Part shown: positions 24,942 to 33,609 of the stretch, one piece after another
Layout of the letters: each line of letters starts with the position of its first letter
Numbering within the stretch: position 1 is the stretch's first letter
From: Chloroflexota bacterium
GTDB lineage: Bacteria > Chloroflexota > Anaerolineae > Anaerolineales > UBA11579
Length of the DNA stretch: 50,242 nt
Assembly (NCBI GenBank): GCA_039714215.1
Contig: JBDLJU010000002.1
Location: 1 to 50,242 of the forward strand
Reading direction: 5' to 3'
Translations under genes and position numbers: made by a program
Notes under the pieces: generated by a model
Databases searched by the model: none
Told to the model about the DNA's origin: nothing
Seen by the model: only the letters and a program-made list of their open reading frames with translations

Positions 24942-25762
24942 CAGTTAAGATCCTCTTCCCCCGATTCAATAACAGTTACCCAGGATGTAAGCTGACGGTA
25001 GGGAAAGTCACAACCTTCACATGAGAGGTAAATCTTGACTTTCAGGTTTTCCCCTATAGAATCCAACGTGATCATCAATTTGTCCTCCCACTGGGCGCCA
25101 TCTGGGACTAGAACCGATTCAATATGACCGACCACTCCGGCCTCAGTCAAGGCAAACACACTGTAATTCATTCCTTCACCCTCATGATTTTCTATGCCCA
25201 CATTGATTTCAAAAGGGGAATTGACCTCAACCTCGGAGACATAATCTGCAGCCCTGCCCTCCATTCCGAGGATATAAAACTCGGTGAACTCAGCAGTAGT
25301 TTCCTCTGTCTTTCCCCAAAACCAGGAGAAGGATATAAAGATCAGGAAGAGTGCAATCAAAAACGAAACCACCAGGACTGTTTCAGATTTTCCTCGCTTC
25401 AACAAATTTGGAATATTGGAAGTTTTAATATCTTGTTTATGAAACAATCTGATACCCATTGAAATCAGGCCAAGGATATTTAGCAGATACAGCACAAATT
25501 GGAGCGATTGTCTTGAAATGCCGAAGAAAGAGAGCAGCAATAGGGTCAAACCTGAGATCACTACACTCAAACCGAAGCTGGTCGGATACTTCAGCTGTTC
25601 AGTAAAAGGAAATTTTTCTGCGAACATCAAATTTAATAAGAAATACCCTGGGGCAAAAAAGAGAGAAATGAAAGCTGCACTAACATTTAACGCTACTCCC
25701 AGATCTAAAAACCAGTTCAGATTGATCAGGATTAATAGGAATAAATCAAAAACAATCCACAT
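24941..25762 (-). CDS. DUF1616-like membrane protein (four N-terminal TM helices plus beta-rich C-terminal domain)
   Basis: 273 aa. FYILGMEGRAADYVSEVEVNSPFEINVGIENHEGEGMNYSVFAL resembles the DUF1616 core as I recall it from archaeal proteins. Confidence 0.5.
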   Translation of the reverse strand: MWIVFDLFLLILINLNWFLDLGVALNVSAAFISLFFAPGYFLLNLMFAEKFPFTEQLKYPTSFGLSVVISGLTLLLLSFFGISRQSLQFVLYLLNILGLISMGIRLFHKQDIKTSNIPNLLKRGKSETVLVVSFLIALFLIFISFSWFWGKTEETTAEFTEFYILGMEGRAADYVSEVEVNSPFEINVGIENHEGEGMNYSVFALTEAGVVGHIESVLVPDGAQWEDKLMITLDSIGENLKVKIYLSCEGCDFPYRQLTSWVTVIESGEEDLN

Positions 25763-25791
25763 ACTACCCGGCTCCTACATTTACATTCATC

Positions 25792-27621
25792 TCAATCATT
25801 GTCTCTCCATGCCCATAATGTAAAATCTCCCGATTGGTAAACTCGGTTCCAGCTGGGATCATTATCTAGTAACTCAAAATCCTCCGGTGTAAACAAGCCG
25901 CCAGTGGTCCACAATTCAGAATAGTATGCAGCTCCATACCCAGTCAGGAACAGGTATTCAGGATCTTCAAAGCCCTCACCATTTGCCTCGCTATATCCAA
26001 AATGCGGGGGAGGAACTTTCACTCTCCAGCTTTCGTTCCCCTGGAGGAGAGCCGCAATTTCACCAATTGGCATCAAACCTCGAAAAATCCGTTCCCGTGC
26101 TGAAATTGAGTAAATGTTCCCTGGCTCGTCACTCGCATATTCTAGAAAATACTCGGCACCTGCAGCCCGCGCATATGTGTACTGATTGTTGGGCTGACCA
26201 ATTATCGAAGAGAAAGATACATTAAAAACCCCAATGATTCCAACTGCAATCGTTGCGGTGGAAAAAATTACGAAGATTAATGTCCGAATATTTTTTTTGA
26301 TGCTGTTCTTTTCATCCATGATCTCAAAGATAAGCGGCCCAATAATCAGGGGAGCCAAAAATACCGCAAAATTTAAGTATCTAATTGGATTTGAAGTTAT
26401 GATATCCCGGAATAAGGAAGAAACCGCTAGACTCAAAAAGAATATCATAAAAACTGGAAACACAACCAGATCACTTCTCAGCTGGTTCCACTTCCAATTC
26501 CTTCCAATTAAATAAACTGCAACACATATCAAAGCAATCAATACAATCCCCCCCCCAGACCCATATGTAAAAACTATCAGAGAAAGAATCTTTGAAATTT
26601 CTAAGCTCGCTCTTTCACTGGCGGAGACAAAAGATTCAAGCGAATTAAATCCTAGAATCCCATCACGGATCACGGACACAAGATGGATGATTGTTTTACC
26701 AAATGCCCTGAAAGTTGAAAACCACAAAAACCATGATGCCAATAAAGTCAGAAAACCAGGATAGATCGGTTGTAAGACCCTATTAATTTTACTGAAAAAT
26801 GATTTCTGTTCTCTTTGTCCAGATTTGATTAGGGGAATCAGGTAAATGAGCAAGAAAACCAGTGGACTAACTACAGCCAGAGGATGAAGGTAAGGCAAAA
26901 ACAGCAGGACCAGGATAAATATGATCACCTCTTTCCAGGTCCGATCAGTCTGCCTGGTTTTCAGGAACCAGGCAAGAAAATAAAGCAGCATATAGATCGA
27001 ATACTGCACAGGGAAATACATAGACTGGTAGTTGGAATAGATCAACAAACTTGACAAAGCTAAAAGAATTCCACGCACACCCGGTCGAGAATCATAGACC
27101 CAGGCTAAAAAGAAAACATTCATCACCCCGATAAGATAGAAGAATATCGTAGTGAAATGCATAGAGTTGGGAACACTTTGCCCAGAGATTATAGAAAAAA
27201 CCGCGGTAATCAAATGCGAGAATGGATAAAAGTCTTCCTTAAATGAGTGTCCCGTTTGCCTGATTGTCAGGATCATGCTGTGGTGATTTGGCGAATCCCA
27301 CTGGCCGTTAAACATATAATCCCGGAAATACGGCAGCGAAATTATGAACAAATTTACCATCACGATTAATAATAATCCCAACCACCATCGGTAGCTGTTT
27401 GGACGCTGGAAAACCACCAACAAAATCTGGACAAGTCCTAAAACTAACACACTGATGATCCCTGCCCAAAATAATGGAGGGTAGGCTGAATATAAACTGC
27501 TCTCGTAAGAACCATCACCAATTGATTTGCTCGCCAGGACGATGACCCCGGCGAAAATCACCATTCCGAGGATAGCTAGAAAATCAACTTTGCTGGTTTT
27601 TGGTTGGTTTTCGCTCTGCAA
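25792..27621 (-). CDS. large polytopic membrane protein with C-terminal soluble tail; candidate GT-C-type glycosyltransferase or glycan polymerase
   Basis: 609 aa. TTG start 10 nt after AGGAG. About 13-14 hydrophobic segments by eye, then a ~140-aa tail ending NRVYQSGDFTLWAWRDND. No STT3 WWDxG motif seen. Confidence 0.45.
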   Translation of the reverse strand: MQSENQPKTSKVDFLAILGMVIFAGVIVLASKSIGDGSYESSLYSAYPPLFWAGIISVLVLGLVQILLVVFQRPNSYRWWLGLLLIVMVNLFIISLPYFRDYMFNGQWDSPNHHSMILTIRQTGHSFKEDFYPFSHLITAVFSIISGQSVPNSMHFTTIFFYLIGVMNVFFLAWVYDSRPGVRGILLALSSLLIYSNYQSMYFPVQYSIYMLLYFLAWFLKTRQTDRTWKEVIIFILVLLFLPYLHPLAVVSPLVFLLIYLIPLIKSGQREQKSFFSKINRVLQPIYPGFLTLLASWFLWFSTFRAFGKTIIHLVSVIRDGILGFNSLESFVSASERASLEISKILSLIVFTYGSGGGIVLIALICVAVYLIGRNWKWNQLRSDLVVFPVFMIFFLSLAVSSLFRDIITSNPIRYLNFAVFLAPLIIGPLIFEIMDEKNSIKKNIRTLIFVIFSTATIAVGIIGVFNVSFSSIIGQPNNQYTYARAAGAEYFLEYASDEPGNIYSISARERIFRGLMPIGEIAALLQGNESWRVKVPPPHFGYSEANGEGFEDPEYLFLTGYGAAYYSELWTTGGLFTPEDFELLDNDPSWNRVYQSGDFTLWAWRDND

Positions 27622-27775
27622 AATAATTGAACTCCTGATTTAAGTCTTCCTCTTGACAATTTAAATTTATTGTTACCTGAGCGGCTCACGCGAGCGGACC
27701 AGTCAAGCTGGAACAAACATTTATCTAACAATCATATCAAATCAAACAGAAAAGTATTCCTCTCTTTTGCTTTAG

Positions 27776-28975
27776 CTAGTATGTCCCAAGTTCATCAATA
27801 ATTTGTTTATACTTGGTCACGGATGTCTCGAGGCTGTATTTCTCAACAAGAATTGCCCGAGCATTCTGAGAAATTTTTTCCAGGTCAACGCCTTCTTCAG
27901 TTGCCGATTCAAGCCCCTCAGCAATTTCCTCAGGAGTGATTCCTTTGAAAAGAAACCCAGTTTCACCTTCAATGATCATGTCCGTGATTCCACCAACATC
28001 TGTCGAAATCACCGGTGTCCCACAGCTGAAGGCTTCCATGATTACATTTGGCACACCTTCGTTTTTCGAGGGCAGGGCCATCAATTTCATCTTGTTTAAA
28101 TAATCCTGGACTTCTTCATATTTCACCCAATCGAGCCTGGTGATCCTGCTGCTCCACCTGCTTTCCGAAATGATTTTATCAACCTGCTCAGCAAGCTCTC
28201 CAACCCCAATCAAAAGGAAGTGATAATCAGGGTGCTTTTCGAGAAAAATAATAATTCCTTGCACCAATTCGAGGACACTTTTATCATTTGTCATTCGGCC
28301 TAAGAAGCCAACAGTGTTGTCTCGCTGCGATATCGGCACGATTTGCTGAAATAACCCCGCATTCCCAAAAAACTGAGCCCATTGCCGAATTTTTTTCTTC
28401 CAGATCGATAAAGGGTCATTCTTAAGATATTTCATACTTCCTACAGTGATCAGATCAGCAAAGAAGTAGTTCCATTGGGTTAGCAGGATGATAACAAATT
28501 TACCAAATCCTCCGTAAATATTCCTGGCAGGTTCAACATCTGATCCAGCCACATGATAAATGTACTTTTTCCCCAACAGTTTTGCTACCAGGATCGGCAG
28601 CTGGTAATAACTGCCGAAATAATTGGTCACAATCCCAATTTCACGACGAAGCCTGATAATTACATACGCCATTTTCACCTGGATAGCAACTAGCTTGGCA
28701 AACCAGGCTATCGCGGAAAATATTAAGGGACGGATGTCACGCAAATGATGAATCCGAATCCCAATATCGATAGGGGTGGTATTTGGATGCAGCGAGATGT
28801 TTTCTGGAATTTTACCGCTAATAAAAAAAGAGGAATATCCTGATTCTCCAATCACGTAATTTAATTTTGGAGGTACAGAATAAATATTGTCCGTCGCATA
28901 TGGAAAGACTAAAACGGCAATCTTCTTTCCTTTTAAATCACATCTACTCATAATTTTCCAATTCTTATTATCCAA
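27776..28975 (-). CDS. GT4-family (GT-B fold) glycosyltransferase
   Basis: 399 aa. EGVPNVIMEAFSCGTPVISTDVGGITDMIIEGETGFL (EX7E region). TTG start 7 nt after GAGGA. Confidence 0.8.
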   Translation of the reverse strand: MDNKNWKIMSRCDLKGKKIAVLVFPYATDNIYSVPPKLNYVIGESGYSSFFISGKIPENISLHPNTTPIDIGIRIHHLRDIRPLIFSAIAWFAKLVAIQVKMAYVIIRLRREIGIVTNYFGSYYQLPILVAKLLGKKYIYHVAGSDVEPARNIYGGFGKFVIILLTQWNYFFADLITVGSMKYLKNDPLSIWKKKIRQWAQFFGNAGLFQQIVPISQRDNTVGFLGRMTNDKSVLELVQGIIIFLEKHPDYHFLLIGVGELAEQVDKIISESRWSSRITRLDWVKYEEVQDYLNKMKLMALPSKNEGVPNVIMEAFSCGTPVISTDVGGITDMIIEGETGFLFKGITPEEIAEGLESATEEGVDLEKISQNARAILVEKYSLETSVTKYKQIIDELGTY

Positions 28976-28994
28976 AGCGGATTCCTCGTAAAAA

Positions 28995-29939
28995 TTACTT
29001 TTTAAGGTAGCGTAATCGAAGCTGATTTATTTGAGCTTGAAAAAATTCCAGGATCATGTTTATGAGAGCTTTCCCAAGCTCGCTGTACCTCAAGGTTGTC
29101 TTTCGGCCTTCAAATTTCAGCGGATAGCCCAAATATTCCAACATGTCTCCAGTCAAAGATTCGAACACGTGGATTTGCCGGGAAGACAACTTGTGTTCCC
29201 ACGCAGAGATTCTGCTGGAATCTATTGCCCGCCCCACAAGTTTGTGATCCTTTTGCGAGTACATGGGTAATGTTAACCCACTTGCCTGCAGCATTTTGGC
29301 TTCAAATTGAAGCCCGAGGAATTCGCATAATCTTTTAATTTCGCGCTCTGGATCTGATAGAAGATCCTCATATCGGATTTGAATGATTTCTCTCTCATTC
29401 AAAAGCTTTTCTGCCGCCAGGCCATAAGCAAGATTGTTTACCCAAAAATTTGCAGCGCGATCAATCGTTCGTGGTCCCCAGGAAACCGAGAGCAGCGAAG
29501 ACGCTACTGCCCGCCCATCACGGACCAGATGAACAAACTTCGCCTTAGGGAAAATTTCAAGAAGTTTTCTAACATGTTTAATATTTGCCGGCACATGATC
29601 GATCCAAAGGAGATTTTCAGTCTCTCCGGTTTGATCTGCATATTCACCAATGATAAAATTTATCATCTCCGAATACGGAGCTTCAGACTTTGGGAATTCT
29701 CTAAGCTGAATATTCCACAGCTGAAAGCGTGGATGTTCCTTGATTTTTTGCAGAATTTCCTGGCTCGTTAAATCTGCTCCCTTCCGTTCTTTACCCAGAG
29801 AAAGATAGCCGTCCAGTACAAACTGTGCTTCAGGTACACAAACTACTTGTTGGTGCGAGCCCAAGATCGCACCTAATAAGGTCGTTCCGCTTCTGTCGCA
29901 ACCTCCGACGAACACAGGATCAGCTGAAAATTTTGCCAT
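28995..29939 (-). CDS. sulfotransferase family protein
   Basis: 314 aa. A 5'-PSB-like loop GGCDRSGTTLLG and a 3'-PB-like VRDGRAVASS. Its start lies 20 nt inside the 3' end of the flippase gene. Confidence 0.75.
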   Translation of the reverse strand: MAKFSADPVFVGGCDRSGTTLLGAILGSHQQVVCVPEAQFVLDGYLSLGKERKGADLTSQEILQKIKEHPRFQLWNIQLREFPKSEAPYSEMINFIIGEYADQTGETENLLWIDHVPANIKHVRKLLEIFPKAKFVHLVRDGRAVASSLLSVSWGPRTIDRAANFWVNNLAYGLAAEKLLNEREIIQIRYEDLLSDPEREIKRLCEFLGLQFEAKMLQASGLTLPMYSQKDHKLVGRAIDSSRISAWEHKLSSRQIHVFESLTGDMLEYLGYPLKFEGRKTTLRYSELGKALINMILEFFQAQINQLRLRYLKK

Positions 29940-31209
29940 AAATATTCCCTAGTTTATTTTTATTATAATAGATGAAAAATAGTCCTAGAATGCATAGGTT
30001 GGCCCATACCCAGCCAAAACCAATCGATATCAAGCCCTTCGAAGCAAAAAGCAGCGGGAAAGAAATTGAAATAAGCGCCAACAATGCCGAGCTGCCCACC
30101 AGCCAAACTTTCTCTTTACGTACTTTTAGTCCTGAGAAAAACAAATTATTTACACTCGCAATTGGGGCAGCAATGATGATCACCCTCAGCAGCTCAATTG
30201 CGTCTAGGGTATATTCAAAACCAAAAAGGGACATGATAAATTCTGAAAATAGCAGTCCAAGGAAGGAAAGCACTCCGGTAATTGCCATGGCATAAACAGC
30301 TGCCCGCATCCAAATTTTCTCAAACCGTTCTGAATCGTGCGATCCTTCGGCAAAAGCCGATCCTGCCAATGCAATCCCCGGGCTGATCAGCAGAGCGCCA
30401 ATCATCCAGACAATATAAACAAAAGCAGAATCTTCTCCTCCCCACAATTCGAAAGCAAGAGGTGGAATTAACCAGGTAGGGATTTTATACAAATTGTTCG
30501 CCAAGAAATTACTGATTGAGAAAATTAAGATTTCTTTTTTATTCTCGATTGGCTGACTGTTTACTTCTCTGTACTGCGGAAAAATTTGTTTAACGAAAAC
30601 CACAAAGCTAAGTGTTATTGCAATCAGATAAGCAAAAATATTCGAGAGAATAATTCCATAAATACCCAACCCAACCAGAACAAATACCAAAACTAACCTG
30701 ACTAGATTGAATAAGAAAGTTTGCTGAAGAGTAAATTTCGATTCTCTAAAACTTAGAAATATCTGGCTGAAAAGATTAAAAATCGCCAATAGGGAAACAG
30801 CAGCCAACAAACAGATTATAAAATACAGATCATTGAAGCTGTCCAGCAGAGAAAAATTCCAAACTCTCATTACCAGGTAATACAGGACCGACAAGCCCAT
30901 ACTGACCATTATGCTAACCTTGAGTGCATAATTAATCAGCTCTTTTGGATTTTTTACATCCGATAAATATCTAACCAGGCCTGCACCCAGACCCAGACTT
31001 GAAAACCCGCTGAGGAAACCTACCACAGAGATCATTGATGAAGAAACACCGATGATTTCTGCTGAGAATAAATAAGATGCGAAGATCCAAAATGCATACC
31101 CGACAGCTCCCGCAAGCAGGTTGGCAGCAAAGATGTATACCGCATTCGAGATGAAATGACTGGAAAGAAAGGATTGATAAAATTCCTTGATTTTCTGCTG
31201 AATGCTCAT
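29920..31209 (-). CDS. oligosaccharide/polysaccharide flippase (Wzx-like, MOP superfamily)
   Basis: 429 aa with about 12 TM helices. The N-terminus NAVYIFAANLLAGAVGYAFWIFASYLFSAEIIGV is typical of polysaccharide biosynthesis proteins. Confidence 0.65.
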   Translation of the reverse strand: MSIQQKIKEFYQSFLSSHFISNAVYIFAANLLAGAVGYAFWIFASYLFSAEIIGVSSSMISVVGFLSGFSSLGLGAGLVRYLSDVKNPKELINYALKVSIMVSMGLSVLYYLVMRVWNFSLLDSFNDLYFIICLLAAVSLLAIFNLFSQIFLSFRESKFTLQQTFLFNLVRLVLVFVLVGLGIYGIILSNIFAYLIAITLSFVVFVKQIFPQYREVNSQPIENKKEILIFSISNFLANNLYKIPTWLIPPLAFELWGGEDSAFVYIVWMIGALLISPGIALAGSAFAEGSHDSERFEKIWMRAAVYAMAITGVLSFLGLLFSEFIMSLFGFEYTLDAIELLRVIIIAAPIASVNNLFFSGLKVRKEKVWLVGSSALLALISISFPLLFASKGLISIGFGWVWANLCILGLFFIYYNKNKLGNIYGKIFS

Positions 31210-31257
31210 CTGATTACTTCGCCTTTTACGGTCTGCTTCACTTTAGCCGAAGATCTC

Positions 31258-32406
31258 TCATTTACTTCCGCTTTTTGGTAATAATTCTTGATATAGATTC
31301 AGCAGCTTTTTTGCCGATTTTTTCCAGGTAAAATTATTTGCGATTTGCTTTCTCCCCTTTACGCCCATTTTTTTACGAAGCTGGGGATTTTCAACCAGCT
31401 CCCTGATTTTTCCAGCCAATTCTGGGACATCATCGTAAGGCACCAAGAATCCGCTCACATTATCCTGGATCACCATTCTCACTCCGGGGTTGTTTGTCGC
31501 AATCGCCGGTAGACCACATGCCATCCCTTCGGCAACTGCCAGACCAAATGATTCGGCGATAGAGGGAATCACAACCAGGTTGCCAGCATTGTAATATTTA
31601 GGTAGTTGGTGATGTAGAATTCTACCGGAAAACTTAACTTTATCAGCTATACCTAGTTCCGACGCTCTAGACTGGTACTCTGTAAGCATTTCCCCGCCAC
31701 CAATCACAAGAAGTTTCAGAGCATCAATGTCACACAGTTTAGAAATTGCCTCCAACAAAAAAAACAAACCTTTATTGACATGCGCTCTATCCAACGAACT
31801 GACAAATAAAACAACCACATCCTTATTGGAAAAACCAAATTGTTCTCTGATCTTAGTGGATGCTAATCCGGGTTTGAAGGATTCCACATCCACACCGCTG
31901 GGCACCTCCACCAGCTGATCGCGTTTGTCTTTGAAAATCTTCTCGTAAAAAATAGAGGATTCGGCATGGTCAAATGAATTGAAAGTTATCCAGTCTGCTC
32001 GTTTGAACAGCAGAGGAGTAAAAATTTTCTGGTAAATCAAAAATAAAACGCCCTTCACACCTCTGCCGATCAAGTCATTATGATAGGTCACCACCAGAGG
32101 AACCTGATTTCTCACCAGATTGAGAAGAATTAATTCCGAACCAAAAATATACGGGTTATGCAAATGGACCAGGTCAAACCCCGAGAGTTTTAACAGGTCA
32201 GGGGTTAAAAAGGCGTTCTGGATGGACAGAAAGGAGTGAAAATAACAGTAAATACTCTGATCGTAGTCCTTTTGTGGGACACCTTTATCGGGAACAAAGA
32301 CCTCAACGTCCACACCAAGGTCTTGCAGTCCTTTTGCATAGTAATAGGCTACTGTCCCGGTTCCCTCGTTGAAGGGTGAATGGGCAACTACATGAGCAAC
32401 TCTCAC
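31258..32406 (-). CDS. GT4-family glycosyltransferase
   Basis: 382 aa with a GTG start (MRVAHVV). ESFGLAVAEGMACGLPAIATNNPGVRMVIQDNVSGFLV. Confidence 0.8.
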   Translation of the reverse strand: MRVAHVVAHSPFNEGTGTVAYYYAKGLQDLGVDVEVFVPDKGVPQKDYDQSIYCYFHSFLSIQNAFLTPDLLKLSGFDLVHLHNPYIFGSELILLNLVRNQVPLVVTYHNDLIGRGVKGVLFLIYQKIFTPLLFKRADWITFNSFDHAESSIFYEKIFKDKRDQLVEVPSGVDVESFKPGLASTKIREQFGFSNKDVVVLFVSSLDRAHVNKGLFFLLEAISKLCDIDALKLLVIGGGEMLTEYQSRASELGIADKVKFSGRILHHQLPKYYNAGNLVVIPSIAESFGLAVAEGMACGLPAIATNNPGVRMVIQDNVSGFLVPYDDVPELAGKIRELVENPQLRKKMGVKGRKQIANNFTWKKSAKKLLNLYQELLPKSGSK

Positions 32407-32463
32407 CTGGAAATTATTCTCCTCAAATCTAATGAAAATCCCATCAATAAATAACGATTCTCT

Positions 32464-33588
32464 CTACCCATTAATTTCTGATAAATAGCATTGTTCATAT
32501 TCATTGACCATTGTATCCCAATTAAAATCCTTCGCTTTGAGATAATCCAGATCCCCATTAAATACACGGACCACCCCTTCAGCAATCGCGGTGGCACTCC
32601 CAGCTTCAACCAATACAAAGTTGCCAAAAACCACCTCTGGAATGGATCCGGATGCTGAAGCGACCACAGGAACATCCAGGCTGCTGGCTTCAACCGTAGT
32701 AAACCCAAAACCTTCAGTGAGTGATGGGATCACGATACAATTAGATTGACTTAAAAAAGCGAACAGGTCTTTCCGGTCGGAGAACGTTGGAACAAGGGTT
32801 ACCTTATCAACTAACTTTTTTTCCCGAATTGCCAGCTTGATTTTCTCGTATTCTGCTGCAGGGCTTGAAGATAAGATCATCAGTAATTGTGATCCAGGAA
32901 TTTTTCTGCTGATTTCAGGTACAGCATCAACCAGATAATGGACCCCTTTCGTGACCCCTGGACGACCGTAATAAACATAATTGAAGTCCGCCTGTGAGAA
33001 CAGGTTGCTGAGTTCATTTTCGCTGGAGGGTTGGATTTCTTCTCCCTCCAAATCCACACCCGGATAAATTACTTGAACCTGACCTGCTTCCACTCCTGTC
33101 TGAATTAAATCGTTCTTCGTAGCATTAGAAATGCACACATGATGGTCATATGGCAAACTGACGATCATTTTTTCGATAAACTGATAAATAAATGATTTTC
33201 GTTTAGAGGCTAAAACAAATTCCCACCGCTCGCCTAATACCTCATGACAGGTGATCACAATCTTTGCCTTCCCAAAAAGAGAACCAAGATAAGCTGCTAA
33301 GGCCGAATAATTTGAACTGGTTTGAATGATCTCAAATTGAGAAACTTGTTTGATCAATCGCGGGATGCTTACCAGAGTAAATAAGAATGGATTTTCCGAA
33401 ATCGGCAATTTCACCCGCTCAACATCCACACCATGAATTCTTTCGTGTTTAGCCAATCCCGGTTTTCCTGAGGTGATAACCTTGACATAATGCCCCTTTT
33501 TAACCAACCCTTCAGCGAGTCTCTGAAATAACAATTCAGACCCACCAACATAGGGATAATAATTGGCTAAAACAAATAATATATTCAT
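32464..33588 (-). CDS. GT4-family glycosyltransferase
   Basis: 374 aa. MNILFVLANYYPYVGGSE and EGFGFTTVEASSLDVPVVASASGSIPEVV. Confidence 0.8.
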   Translation of the reverse strand: MNILFVLANYYPYVGGSELLFQRLAEGLVKKGHYVKVITSGKPGLAKHERIHGVDVERVKLPISENPFLFTLVSIPRLIKQVSQFEIIQTSSNYSALAAYLGSLFGKAKIVITCHEVLGERWEFVLASKRKSFIYQFIEKMIVSLPYDHHVCISNATKNDLIQTGVEAGQVQVIYPGVDLEGEEIQPSSENELSNLFSQADFNYVYYGRPGVTKGVHYLVDAVPEISRKIPGSQLLMILSSSPAAEYEKIKLAIREKKLVDKVTLVPTFSDRKDLFAFLSQSNCIVIPSLTEGFGFTTVEASSLDVPVVASASGSIPEVVFGNFVLVEAGSATAIAEGVVRVFNGDLDYLKAKDFNWDTMVNEYEQCYLSEING

Positions 33589-33609
33589 TTAGAAAGTTAT
33601 TTGAGATTG

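Noticed and set aside
27622-27775. 154-nt gap inside the glycan cassette, containing a perfect TTGACA (plus strand) and a G+C-rich gagcgg direct repeat.
   Set aside because: The TTGACA is on the wrong strand for the operon and has no matching -10 element. The gap probably holds an internal minus-strand promoter, but I could not define one convincingly.
32403-32708. 101-aa ORF spanning the junction of the two GT4 genes.
   Set aside because: It overlaps the 3' end of the well-supported GT4 gene 32464..33588 in another frame, and it has no motif support.
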